Below, one piece after another: positions 50,201-62,404 of a stretch of DNA of 64,000 bases. Position numbers and translations under genes: made by a program. The notes beneath the pieces were generated by a model that saw only the letters and a program-made list of their open reading frames with translations, ran no database searches and had not been told where the DNA came from. Every line of letters starts with the position of its first letter. Position 1 is the stretch's first letter. Origin of the DNA: Hydrolagus colliei (Eukaryota); contig CM068751.1 in the NCBI GenBank assembly GCA_035084275.1, forward strand, positions 3,472,001 through 3,536,000. The letters are read 5' to 3'.

Positions 50201-52167
50201 CCGCCAGTCCCAAATGTTTAAAATGGAGTGGCAATGTTGAAACATTTACAATCCTGAATATACATCTTGATCATTATTGGCAGATTTGAATGATCTCTTT
50301 TCCTTTTTCTTGCTCCTCACATCATCTGCTCAATTTATTGTAACAGAGGCTGGAGGCTGCATTGATTCACTGGAAACAGGGAGAACCTTAACTGGGCTGG
50401 GAAAGTGAGGTCCAGTCATCCCTGTGTTCATAGATAAAGAATAAATCAGGCTCAGAAAAGACAGCATCTCAAAAGCAATAGCCCGGCTTCACAATGGTCT
50501 GTAGAACATTTTGGATGTGGGGGAGGGGGAGAAGCCATTGGTATTGAAAGGCCCAAAGCAGACTGCTGAGCAAGGATGAGCAAATGCTGATGTTACGTTA
50601 ACATTCATGCTTCTGTGAACTGTCAACAATGCACAAACCTAAACTCTCCGCTGCAACCCATCATTCCAGTGACAGGAGCAGCTGCTTCTAGGCAGCGATG
50701 AAATTGGAAGAAATTCTATGACAGGGTGCACAAAAGGCACTGAAATCCTAAAAGATGATTTTACATACATCAATGCAACAGCTACAGTAATCAGTTTGAC
50801 AAGACTTCACGTTTGACCAATGGGACAATCAAAGAAGATAGTTTGAATAATGGAAGCTGTTAGAAAACGACGGGAAAGGCTGCCAAAATTTTAATGAAAA
50901 CCTTATCCTTTCGAGGAATACCCTGCCCTACCATAGCAGGCTGTGTTTGCACTGAACAATTTCTAACGAACAAACACGTACAGGAATCTGAAGTTTGATT
51001 TCAAAAGGTGGGAGAGCTGAGGAGCTGTTGAGTCCAGTAACATCCAGTCCCAGCTGCTGAAATGGCATTTGGTTTTGTTGAGCTCCACGTGGCAGAAATG
51101 ATACGCCCCGAGCCAAGAAAAGGGCCTCAATGCAGCGGATTGTGTGCAGTTCTGTGAAAGAAAGTAGTGTATTTCAGTCCAGGTGAAAAAGCACGAGGGG
51201 ATAAAATGCAAACACTGCGTATAATTTGAACAAACAAAACTTGGGAGTAGGAACCCAGGTGACAGGTGCCCTCTGTACATTCCTTATAAAGAAAAGATGC
51301 AAAACAAGAGAGGCAATATCAAGGAAACACCATCACTGTCCTGGTTTGGGAAATACTGTATCTCTAATGGCCCAAATCCTGGAACCCTACACGGCCAGTG
51401 ATTCTGCTCACCACACAAGAGGACGGCGGTGCTTTAAACAGAAGGCCCACCTTCCCTTTCACAAGACCGCCATCCGCAATAAATCCTGGCTCTGCCAATG
51501 TTGCCCACATCCTGAGATTAGGATTAAAAATATACAAAGCACCACAGCAACACCACGGCAATAACACATACACAATTGTATATAACACTGGGGAATGGAC
51601 CAAGACCACAGAAATCAATGCTGAAAATATTAGAGATACAACATTGAGATTCTACTCACGATAGTCAGGAATCTAACCGGATATTAAAAGTCAACAAACT
51701 AAGGACGTGCACACAAATACTTGCTTTGTTACAGGAACAAACGGAAACCCAATCACTCAAAGAAAACTCAGCCAATGTTCTCAATGTGAAGTTTTGACCA
51801 CCATAGCTGTTGCTTCATGCTACCAAATACACAGGGAAAAAACACAAGGTTGTTCTTCATACAGAAATTGCAGGCATCTTTAACTAACTAGCATTATTGG
51901 TGCACAGCTTCATACAACATTGGCTCCCTCCCTCTGTGTGCACTTGAACACCACCATATTTAGTGTTGATGCTTCAAAGTGATTCACTAATGTCTCCAGG
52001 GAAATAATGTTTGATACAATGACAGAAGGAAACCAAATATGAAATGGATAGCAAACCAAAAATAAAAATAACAAATGTAAGTTTCACACTGGTGAGCGTT
52101 GTATTTGCTTAAAACTCGATCTTTTCACTGTGGGACAAGTTAGAATCCAGGTTGCCCATTTGTCAGG

Positions 52168-52375
52168 CTGGCTCAGTTGGTAGCACTCTCACCTCCGAGT
52201 CAACATGGTTACATGTACACATGGGGACTTTGAAATCATAGTCTAAGCTGACACTCCAGTGCAATGCTGGAGGTGCCGCCCTTCAGGTGAGACATTAAAC
52301 CAAAGTCCCAACTGCCTGTAAACAGATGGGCCTTGAAGATCCCATGGTACAATTTGCAAAGAGAAGTCCTTGTCA
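52168..52375 (+). mobile_element. Older DeuSINE (SacSINE1-like) 5' half
   Basis: GGCTCAGTTGGTAGCACTCTCACCTCCGAGTCA...TCTAAGCTGACACTCCAGTGCA...GGAGGTGCCGCCCTTCAGGTGAGACATTAAACC. Confidence 0.7.
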
Positions 52376-53648
52376 ATAGCAGTTCAGGTAAAATTGGTCT
52401 TTCACTTCATGTCTTTTAATAGGAACTTTTAATAAGACCTTTCTGTTATATCAAATGTAACATTTTACATATTTTAAATTAGAATTTCATTCTTTTAGCT
52501 TACTTCCTATAAGGCCTTTGTATTATCTACCGACTAATTGCCAGTAAATATTCTGTAAAATGTTATTTTCACTCTTGTCAACTTGTTTTCTCACAACACT
52601 TCAAACAACTTCGGATTCAATTATCAGTCAGTGTCCTGAATATAAGTAAAATATATTTATCTTTGTTCATTGATTCTTGCATTACAAAAGCAAAAGAGAA
52701 AAACGAGCTTATAAAGGAAACACAAGAAGATGGACATTGGATCATTTCAAAATGGTTACAAAATAATTTGAAACTAAATCGATTTCAGGAAAGGCAAACA
52801 TTAATATGAAAATCTATATCAGCCAATGTCAGCTTTATAAGATAGGAACTTCACAGTCGCTTTAAATATTACTTTCATTGTGAATGTTTAAAAATATTCG
52901 TGATCTCTGCTCATCACATTTATCCTTAAACAAGTTTTAAAACTGTATCACTCATTGATTTATTAGTACCCAATATTTTATTCTGACTTTTAGTCTTTCT
53001 TCACCTGAGGGGAAAGGGCACAACGACTAAAGAAGTTGTATTCCTCGGTTGAACAGAAGCTCAAGGCAACCGATCTTCAAAGCATTGAAGCAAAGCTTCA
53101 TAGCAGCTGAGAACTAGCTGGGCTCTCAGATTTAAACCAGTGGTGAGCTTTGATCTTCATTCACTGTAAGCTCTTGATCAGATGTTGTTAGAAGATCACA
53201 GCCAGTGTTGCTAAATTGCAAAGAAGCTTCTCGATATAGGGCAAGGTAACCTTCAGCTCAGCCCAAGCATTCCCTTGCATAACAAAAATGCTAAACTTAT
53301 ATTCTTTATCGGATTGTTTTGGGAGAGTAGAACACTGTAGAAAGTGAAAAGTTGTAACGCTAGGATGGATATTTAAACAAAAAAGATTGGATAATTTAAA
53401 ATCTATATTGTTCCATTCATTTTGTAGTTGAATGTAGATTTTTGTTTTAGTTTAGGGCGAAACCTTAGGCACGTTCCCCTATTCCACATGCCTCTGCTCA
53501 ACTAGCAGTAAGTAAGTACGAACCCAGTTGTTAATCGATTAGTGGATCGCTTTTCTCAAGTGCAATAATCACTAAAATATACAGCCAATATATTTTAAAG
53601 CCTATTCTATCAAACGCTTTGAGATGTCTCTTTGTGGAGACGCTTTGT

Positions 53649-53999
53649 GGAGCTCCTGTGGCTCAGTGGTCAGAGCACTTGTCTTGCAAGCTGAGGATAC
53701 CAAGCTGGGGAGACCAAGCTGGGGAGACCTGTGATCGAATCCAGGCAGGTCAGGGCGAAACCTTGATCAAGTTTCCTCACTCCACACGCCTAATAATAAT
53801 CCCTCAAAAAAAACCATAATAATAAAATTGGTCATTTCAATCTACGACTGTTTGTGGGACACTGCTGTGCGCAATTGGCTGCCGCGATTTGCCCTCAAAT
53901 ATACAGTCAATTCACTTTACAGTATATTCTGTGAAGAGCTTTGGGATGTCGATAAGATGTGATAAGCGCTACATCAAATGCAAGGATTATTATTATTAT
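53649..53999 (+). mobile_element. tRNA-derived Deu-like SINE, three-unit head variant
   Basis: Full head, core and tail, with three tandem 14-mers CAAGCTG(A/G)GGA(T/G)AC at 53687-53728. Confidence 0.93.
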
Positions 54000-55625
54000 G
54001 TGTTAAGGTGCTATATCGAAAGTTGTGAGAACAGATCAAAGAGAAGTCAGACTTCAAGAATCAAAACTGCCGTGGGTGCATAACAAGCTCAGGGGAGAAG
54101 CTGAATGCCATATTTTAGAATCACTGAATTCACAACATTAAGAATAAAGACATGCGTATATCTGTTTGTTCATAGCAAGTTAGTGGTTTGTTCTTACTTT
54201 CTGTGCCAATCCCAAATAACTGAGACAGTGAATCATGCACTTGCATACCTATTGCCTTAAGGTTGCCATTCGTCACCAATGAGAATTATCACTTGACTAC
54301 TTCACTACGAAACTACCAGAGTCAAAGCTGATCCTTTTGTCACATTGCATACATAGGTGCACACATGTGTAGCTGAATTTAACTAAATAAGAAATAAAAC
54401 TTTCTGGTGGTCAAGTACACAATACTTTATATGCTTTCATATCTTAATCTCTAAAAGCTCGCAAATTCACTGGATGCTTCTAAAGCCTTCTAAACATTTG
54501 CTTCAATCTACAATGGTTTTACCCAATTCATTTCTAAATTGCTTCTGAAATGTACAGTTAACCTTGAAGCCTTCAGTTAAAATATTACCCCTCCACCAAC
54601 CCACCCCACAAAAAAAGAAAATATCCATTTGCTTATTATTTCCTCTGTCAAGAGATTTTACTTCTTAAACTCTAAAGATGATAAAGTCTTTAAACTGTGT
54701 TTAACATCTTGAAATGGCAAGCAGGTTTCAGACATCTGCAGGTTCGGCCTTCATCACTTTTCCCACCTCAGGCTGCCTCCATTCTGTCTCCAACATGCAG
54801 TGAAATTGACATGTAAAATCTTATCAATTAATTTTTATGAATAATAAATCATCTCAATTGCAAAAAAGATATTTTATATGTGTTATCTAAAGTTTTGTCT
54901 TGTGATTAATTCAGTGGTTGGCTAATGGATTGTTTTCAGTTGGATTTGCTCTATGTTTGTTCCATACTCCCATGTGCTGTGTTCCCCCTACCTCACTCAA
55001 GTACAAATCTAAGATGTTCAACATTGTCCCAATGTGAAAGATGCTATATAAATGTAAATTTGTATTGTACTTGCTGTAGGACATTTTACCTGGAGACATA
55101 TTCTGGGAAGAACTATTAAAGGGAGACTCAAGTCGTTTAGTAAACACGTCTGCTTAAAAGATCTTCTCTAACAATTTTTAAAATTGATTATTTTATCCGA
55201 ATACATTTATTGTCATATTTTGCACTTATAATAAATAATCTTGGCATTTGATATGGCGTTTTCTAGATGCCACTTCACTGTCTGACAGCATCAGGAAGTT
55301 GTCATTTCTGTTTGAATAACAACAAAGCAACAGTTGGGAGGCAGAGTTTGTAGGCAATCATGATTCACCTATTATACAAATCAAGTGCATAATTCGTAGT
55401 GATCCAATGGCTTTGTGCTTCACAAAGACTGCAATGTGTATCTCTGAAATCAAATAGAAGGATATCAAAGAAAAAATACTTTGTTAAGGTAAGATACTAC
55501 CTAGTGATTGAGCCATATTTTGTCTGTGACTTTAAGATGTATGCAATGGGGAATGTAACTGAGAATCCGATTGGAGATCTGCATAGGCATCAATACCCAA
55601 ACTGAAAGGTCTTTGGCTGTGTTTT

Positions 55626-56004
55626 TAGGAGTCCTGTAGCTTAGAGCACTCACCTCACAAGCGAGAGACCTGGGTTTGATTCCCAGCAGGGCGAAACCTT
55701 GGGCTTGTTTCATTACACTACAGACCTGACAATAATAATAATAATCCTTCCATTTCATATAGCCCTTTTCACATCCTCTGGATATCTCAAAGCGCTTCAC
55801 AGAATATAGTCCCTCAAAAAACTAAAAAAATAATAAATCGGTCACTTCAATCCACCACTGTTTGTGGGACACTGGTGTGCCAAATTGGCTGCTTGCCCAC
55901 AAACATAGTCAAATCACTTTAATGAATATTCTGTGAAGCGCTTTGAGTCTTCTAGAAGAATGTGAAAAGCGTTATGTGAAATGCAAGGATTATTTTATTA
56001 TTAT
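55626..56004 (+). mobile_element. Deu-like SINE carrying an internal inverted copy of its 3' tail (55731-55807)
   Basis: Plus-strand head to 55730, then a reverse-complement tail segment, then the plus-strand body resumes at (A)GTCCCTC and ends in a normal tail. Confidence 0.88.
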
Positions 56005-57236
56005 GTAAAATTTCTAATGGTAAACTGGTATACTATGTTAGATTGTTAACTAAAAATAAGATGGCCTGAGAGATCTTCAATAGTTGACGCTTGCAACCGT
56101 CAACTTTTATGCCACACCAATTTTCCATGGGTCTTCTCATGTGGCCTTTGAACAAGCATGATTCACATGCAAGACAGACCTAGGTGTTATTTGGTTCCAA
56201 TGTTGCATTTGAACAGTACGCTACTGCAGCATATGTGGAGGTATTGTTCCCTAGGTTACATTATGTTGTATTAAAGTTAGCAGAAGAATTTTAGGGATTT
56301 ACTCATGAAATAGAGGTACAAAAAGATTATTAGGATTTAGTGCCGGCCTTAAATTTAATGAGATTGAGGTTGATTTAATTCAGAGTGAAACAAAATCAAG
56401 TCACGCTTCATGGTTGGATACTGTTTTGCATTAATTTAAATTAGATTGCTAATATAGCATCCTCCTGGTCCAACAGTTAAGGCACTTGCTTCACATCTCT
56501 GTGGGTGTGGGAGTTAAGTGATGGTGGCGGCTGACATGCCAACACACTCATGAATATATGATGAATGTCCATTGTCAGTTAACTACTGGGAGGAGGTTGA
56601 AGCTACGGAGAGCTTTGTAACCTATTTCCCTATCCTCGGCCGAAGGAGGAAGGTACAGAGGAAAAAATTAACATTGCCTGCGATATGCAATGCGTTTCTG
56701 TCTGCAGTGTCTCCAAACCATTAAACCAAGTATTGTACTGCCATCTTCTGTGCTCCTGAGAAACTACCAATGCAGTGACCTTATTCACTTGTTCATTCTG
56801 AAAAATAGGGTCTGTCGTCAGTCCATAGAAATGCAAAGTTTAAGTAAGCACTCATCCAGTCTTTGACAGAAGGGAGAAAGAAATGGAAATAGGATACTAA
56901 CCTAATGTTGAATATTTTTGTGAACTCAACAAAAACACACATTTTGCTTTACTTCTCTTTCAGGAAGACAGTTATATTGTATATTATGTGGATCAATCAA
57001 TATCACTATATTGGCAGCTCAGATCTGAAGACTACAAAAGCTTGGCAATGCAGTTTGCTGTACACCATTTGTGATGGATGACAACGGACAAATTAAAACT
57101 TCACTGGAACCTTTGCCAATTTATTGATGACAGATAGACATTCCTAATAAATGTATGATTATCATATGCTCATTGGGGTGAGAGATGACAGTACAAAGGG
57201 AATCACTTGCACCTAGGTTCAGCATTAACCACTACC

Positions 57237-57506
57237 AGTTAGAGCACTCGCCTTACAAGTGAGAGACCTGGGTTCGATTCTAGGCAGGGAGAAACCATGG
57301 GCAAGTTTGCTTACTCCACTTGCCTGATAATAATGTTTAAAAATTGGTCATTTCAATCCAGGACTGTTTGTGGGACACTGCTGTGTACAATTGACCGCCG
57401 CATTTCACCCACAAATATACAGTCAATTCACTTTGCAGTATATTCTGTGAAGCGCTATGAGACATCTAGAAAAGCGCTCTACCAAATGCAAGGATTATCA
57501 TTATTA
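57237..57506 (+). mobile_element. tRNA-derived Deu-like SINE
   Basis: TTAGAGCACTCGCCTTACAAG...GGTTCGATTC head, core and tail. Confidence 0.9.
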
Positions 57507-58409
57507 GTTGACAGGGGAAGCTCCTGTTGACGACAGAGACAGACTTATGACTTCCACTCTGCTCTATAATGTGCCTCTTCCAGTTTCAGAAGCAGCCACT
57601 AGCACATTTGTTAATGTTAGAGAACTTTGTATTAATGAAGGGAGTCACACAAATGTGGAACAAAAAGTTGACTTAGTGTCCATGACCAAGGCTCGCAAGA
57701 GATCCTCTTGTGGCTTCTCTGAGAAAGATTTCTAATTAGTACTGTATCAAATTATGTGAAGCTTTGAGCTGCAAATTGATTCCCACCAGGAAGTGGGCTG
57801 AAAATCCCCAAGCTCACTTCAATTAGGGCAGTTACTGCCAACAGAGAGAAAATAAACTAGCATTCTCTCGAACCAGGTTGGATTCAAACCTACAGATGAA
57901 AGGATAGCTTTCAGCCCAGGCCACCACCCCGTCCATCCGCGCTTCAAATGATATAAAATGTGCAAATTATTGCATAGTTACCACAGTTGAGTTGGAAAGG
58001 AAGAAAGGCTCATAAATAGTTTGAAAAAGGAGCTTTCTTTTTGCCCCAAACATTTCAAGGAGAGATAAAAAGTTCCGAAAAAGTTTTGGTAGAAGTCATA
58101 CAAAAAGTACCCAAATTAATAATTAACTTCTGATTAAACGTCAATGACAAAAGTCAACTTTGCAGCTGCTGAATATACAGGGCAAGTAATTATTACAAAA
58201 TGATCTTTCATTCTACTGTCAATCTACAGCAATATCTGTAAGGTTAGAAAATGTCAAAATAGGTAGTTCAATGCCATTGCAAAGTGAATGTCCCAATGAA
58301 TTCCATTTTGTTTGTTTGAATGGTTTATTCATGGGTTTATGGGTGTGATAATAGTTCCTCGCCAGCAACAGTTCAAGCCAAATTCCATCATAAGCAAGAT
58401 TTCCAAATA

Positions 58410-58822
58410 CAGTAAAAGCTTGTATGGTATATACGGCACCCAACCTACCAGAATGCTCAACCAACTGGTATCTCCCAATACAATTCACCATTCCAGAAAC
58501 CGGATCTCATACCACAGCCATCCAGGACACTCATGAGTATGCTCACTTTACGCATGTGTGCAATGCGTGCGCACTTATTAAACGTAACGGCCGCTGCAAT
58601 TTTTATTTTACCAATCATTTTACCGAATGTGCTGGAATGCTTTATTGGTAAGTATCCATACAATATTCTATTATTATTTAGTCTATTGTTAATATGGTAT
58701 GTTTTAAAATAAGTAATTTTTTTGTGTAGGATTTTTGTTAACTTGCCGCTCAAATATCTGGCATATTTGATTAAACAGCAACGGTCAGGTCCCGAGGGTG
58801 CCAGATAACCAAACTTCTACTG
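58410..58822. mobile_element. Tigger/pogo-like MITE
   Basis: TA|CAGTAAAAGCTTG ... CAAACTTCTACTG|TG. The right 190 bp is homologous to 18520-18688. Confidence 0.75.
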
Positions 58823-59049
58823 TGATTGAGTTCCTGATCTCTGCCAAAAGACAGTGATAGTCTTAAGCCAGATACTTTTCTAAAGGGAATGGGAATGTCC
58901 ATTTCTCTTTACTGCTGCATTACGCCTTAAAAAACGTGTTATAAGAGTTTGCGATGATTTACCCCACTTCAACCCCAGTTTCAACCTCACTCAGAGAGAC
59001 AGGTTATACAGATGGCCACAATAGGTAGTGAAAATATTCACGCTAAAAA

Positions 59050-59165
59050 ACAGCAGTAGGCTATGCAGCCCTTAAGTCTGTTCTGGTATTTTATAAGATC
59101 ATGGCTGATCTGTATCTCAAGTCCACTTCCCTGCCGTTGCCCCTTAATTCTCTGATCTAACAAAC
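59050..59165 (-). mobile_element. CR1 3'UTR fragment, second subfamily
   Basis: AGTAGGCTATGCAGCCC..AGATCATGGCTGATCTGTATCTCAA. Confidence 0.65.
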
Positions 59166-59178
59166 ATCTATCTACCTG

Positions 59179-59503
59179 TGGAGCTCCTGTGGCTCAGTGG
59201 TTAGAGCACTTGTCTTGCAAGCTGGGCAGACCAAGCTGGGGAGACCTGTGTTCGAATCCAGGCAGGTCAGGGCGAAACCTTGGGCAAGTTTCCTTACTCC
59301 ACATGCCTAATAATAATCCCTCCAAAAAATCCACAATAATAAAATTGGTCATTTCAATTCACGACTGTGTGTGGGACAATTGGCTGCCGCGATTCTCCCA
59401 CAAATATATACAGTCAATTCACTTTACAGTATATTCTGTGAAGCGCTTTGGGACGTTGATAAAAAAAATGTGGAAAGCGCTATATCAAATGCAAGGATTA
59501 TTA
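59179..59503 (+). mobile_element. tRNA-derived Deu-like SINE, two-unit head variant
   Basis: GGAGCTCCTGTGGCTCAGTGGTTAGAGCAC head, two 14-mers at 59218-59245, and tail. Confidence 0.93.
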
Positions 59504-59750
59504 CCTCTGTATATTCAGCGTTGCTGTTTTGAATTGGGGTGTATGTAGATTCCTGGGGCACAGTAGAGGAGACTTCCTTTAGCATCACTCCCTGAACCTC
59601 ACGTGGAAGTTTGTGATGCTGACAAGAGGTAGAACTTTCCACAGTTGATTTAGAATTTGGGCTTTGATGGCTTAAGGAGAAACATGTTGCATTCACTAAT
59701 GTGGTGATGTGAACATCCCTCATCTCAATGAACACATACATTCACCAAAA

Positions 59751-59787
59751 GGTATTTTACAAGAACCATTGGTTCTTGTAAAATACC
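59751..59787. repeat. Perfect inverted repeat, 18-bp arms, 1-nt spacer
   Basis: GGTATTTTACAAGAACCA-T-TGGTTCTTGTAAAATACC. Confidence 0.95.
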
Positions 59788-60923
59788 AACCTTATCAAAC
59801 AAGCTACAACCTTACAATTGTCCACAGTTATTTAACGTTCTGCATATAACTGTTCTGGATCCTTCTTTCAGTTTGCTGCCTTGTATTCACGCCAGATGTC
59901 CACTATTCTGGATACAGAACATCTGAGGTCAATTAGTTTGCAGTCTGTAACTTTCTCCTAGGTTTTCATTATTCTATAAACAAACCTTCTGAACTGCTTG
60001 ATTGGATTGCAGACTATAACTCTCCATTCTATATATAAACCATTTGAACCTCTCAAACCAGACTCCGTGCTGGGAATCACTCCCGGGTGCACCTTTTGTT
60101 TCTTTTTATTAATCGTTACTTTCACCCAATGAATGATACTTCAAAGACTATTGGGCCATTGGCAATTCAGTCCATACTCCTCAGCGAAAGTATAAAAATC
60201 ATTTCAGCACAAGCCGTAGTGAATGAACTGGGTTCTGTCTATGCAGAAAAACCATCAATAAGTCACTGATAATGTTTCGGAAATGAAAATAGCCTAAAAT
60301 ATTGTGAAGGTGAAACTTCCCCTTGTCTTGGCTTAAAAGGTAGAGAAAGAAAGGCGAGGATCAGCACTGTAGGGAGCAATCTTCCTTACTTATGTACCTG
60401 CTATCTCATCTGCTAATGTGTCAGAAGAGGGGGAGCTCACTAATTAAAATGTACCTCATTTTGCAATTACAAGTTGACTGATCTATAAGCGGAGCGTGTG
60501 GTTCCGGCCAGCAGGGGTGTGCACCATTCCGATGTAGGTTAATGCCACATGGTTAACTGCAATCTCTCAGTCTAAATACTGAACATATGTCTCTAAATAC
60601 TGAGTCCCATACACGCTTTCTCCCGCTTGAATCCGCACTGTGTTGAAATCACAACTTGTTATATTGTCTTCTACTCTAATTCAATCATACTGAGGTCTTT
60701 GCAGCTGCAACTCCTTAGCCCATCACCCACACACTGTTTAGACTTCTTAAAAACACAGTCACATATGGTTACAAAGTTACATACATGCCGTGGACACGGG
60801 CCATTTGGTATAGTTAGTGGGTGCTGGATTTATACTCCGCACATGCCCCATTACATTTAAATGTTTCTTTCCTCCCTTGTTGGTGTTCTGCACAGTGGAA
60901 CTTGGACTTTCATTAATATTGTA

Positions 60924-61036
60924 AATAATAATAATCTTGGCATGTCGTACAGCTCCCTATCACGTTTGTGAGACGTCTCAAAGCGCTTCACAGAATATAC
61001 TGTAAAGTGAATTGACTGTATATTTTATGGCTGAAA
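60924..61036 (-). mobile_element. SINE 3' fragment
   Basis: AATAATAATAATC...GACGTCTCAAAGCGCTTCACAGAATATACTGTAAAGTGAATTGACTG. Confidence 0.85.
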
Positions 61037-61882
61037 TAAATAAACAAAGGTAATTCAGACAGTTATAAATAAGGTGCAGAATATATTTAGAACACTAATG
61101 TCTTTGGATTTTCTGAATTTAACTCTATCAAATCCATAACCTGATTAGGGCTAGAAGACACATATTTGCTTACGCATTCTAAGGGAACATTCATTGAACA
61201 GTCATTGTAGAAAGTGATCCACGATTAGGTCCATCCAATTTTTTTTCCTGCTCCCTCCCCAAATTGACACTCGATGTACTGTATCAGATATGAAGAACTC
61301 ATTCGATTGAAAGAACTTCCCTCCAGTATGTGGGCAATGTTCCTGGTTACCATGCCATTGCCCTGCACAAGGTTGGCCTTCATTTGAAAAAGATCACCAA
61401 TCAGTAATCCCATATTCTTCAACCAGGGTGGAAATAGACTTGCCTTTAACGCATGCCCACCCTGATACATTACATTTGCATTGGATTCTTCCAACACTAC
61501 CCCTGGTATCAATGGAAGTTTTCGTGGTGGTTATTGACATTGTAAGGATTTATTTTAATAGTAATAACCATTTAATAAGGAAAGGGGAGGGTTCCATTGC
61601 AATTCTGTTATTTTCAACCAATTTCATAGAATTTGGGCCGATATCAAACATGGTTAAAAAAAAACTTCAAATTGACCGATTTCTGAGATCTGATGTAAAA
61701 CAACCTTTTATATATCTAATATGTGTAGTCATTTATCTGAATGCAACTTCCAGTTGTCTTACACAGGACCCTGACCTGTCAGAGCACAAAGATAATAGTT
61801 TGTGAGGATGAAGGTGAGGAGCTTTCCAGTAACCTTTCCAAAAGATTGAAATTCCACCCCCGTGACTGCTTTAGAAAAAGCC

Positions 61883-61924
61883 CTGCCAACCAGTGCTGCC
61901 AACCAGTGCTGCCAACCAGTGCTG
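61883..61924 (+). repeat. Perfect 13-bp tandem repeat, about 3.2 copies
   Basis: (CTGCCAACCAGTG)3 followed by CTG. Confidence 0.95.
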
Positions 61925-62404
61925 TCACTGCTGATCTTTTCAAAGTGTGCACACACCATTTACTCAGAAACAAGCGCATTGATCTCAGCTCTTCTGGTAC
62001 AGTGTGATATTGTACATTCCGATCTGCTGATCAAAGGGTAAAAGACAGAGGAGACTTCCATTTAGATTTAACAGTTTGAAATATAACGGACCTTGTTCCG
62101 CATGAGGAAAGACACCAGAGAACAATGAGCACAAAAACTATTGTTCAATTTAAATCTGAAGTCAGAAACCATCGTTGTCAGTATTCCATGAAGGATAAGA
62201 GGCACTCAATTTCAGCTTTCTGGTTGTATTGCATTCTCTGATATACTGCATCATTTCAGACAATATTCACTTGTTAAAATGTAAGTACAGTATATAAACT
62301 ATCCCCCGTAAAATTCAGTTTTTAAAGTTCCCCAGGACAGGGTAATAACGAGTGTCTACGTACTGAAGTTAAGATACTGCTCAGTTTGATCCATTGTTCG
62401 AGGT

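Noticed and set aside
51280-51780. A-rich, coding-like stretch (possible old LINE or viral relic)
   Set aside because: No diagnostic motif in any frame; a translated search is needed.
59179-59260. tRNA gene (Thr/Val/Ala-like head) here and in other copies
   Set aside because: It has no acceptor stem or poly-T terminator and runs directly into the SINE body. These are SINE heads, not tRNA genes.
60505-60522. CTCF site (CCAGCAGGGGTGTG); near-matches also at about 15053 and 35668
   Set aside because: Each deviates at core positions and cannot be supported without PWM scoring or ChIP data.
61767-61813. Possible 47-nt exon (ACACAG|...GAAG|GTGAGG)
   Set aside because: It is not frame-preserving, the peptide is unrecognisable, and no partner exons are visible.
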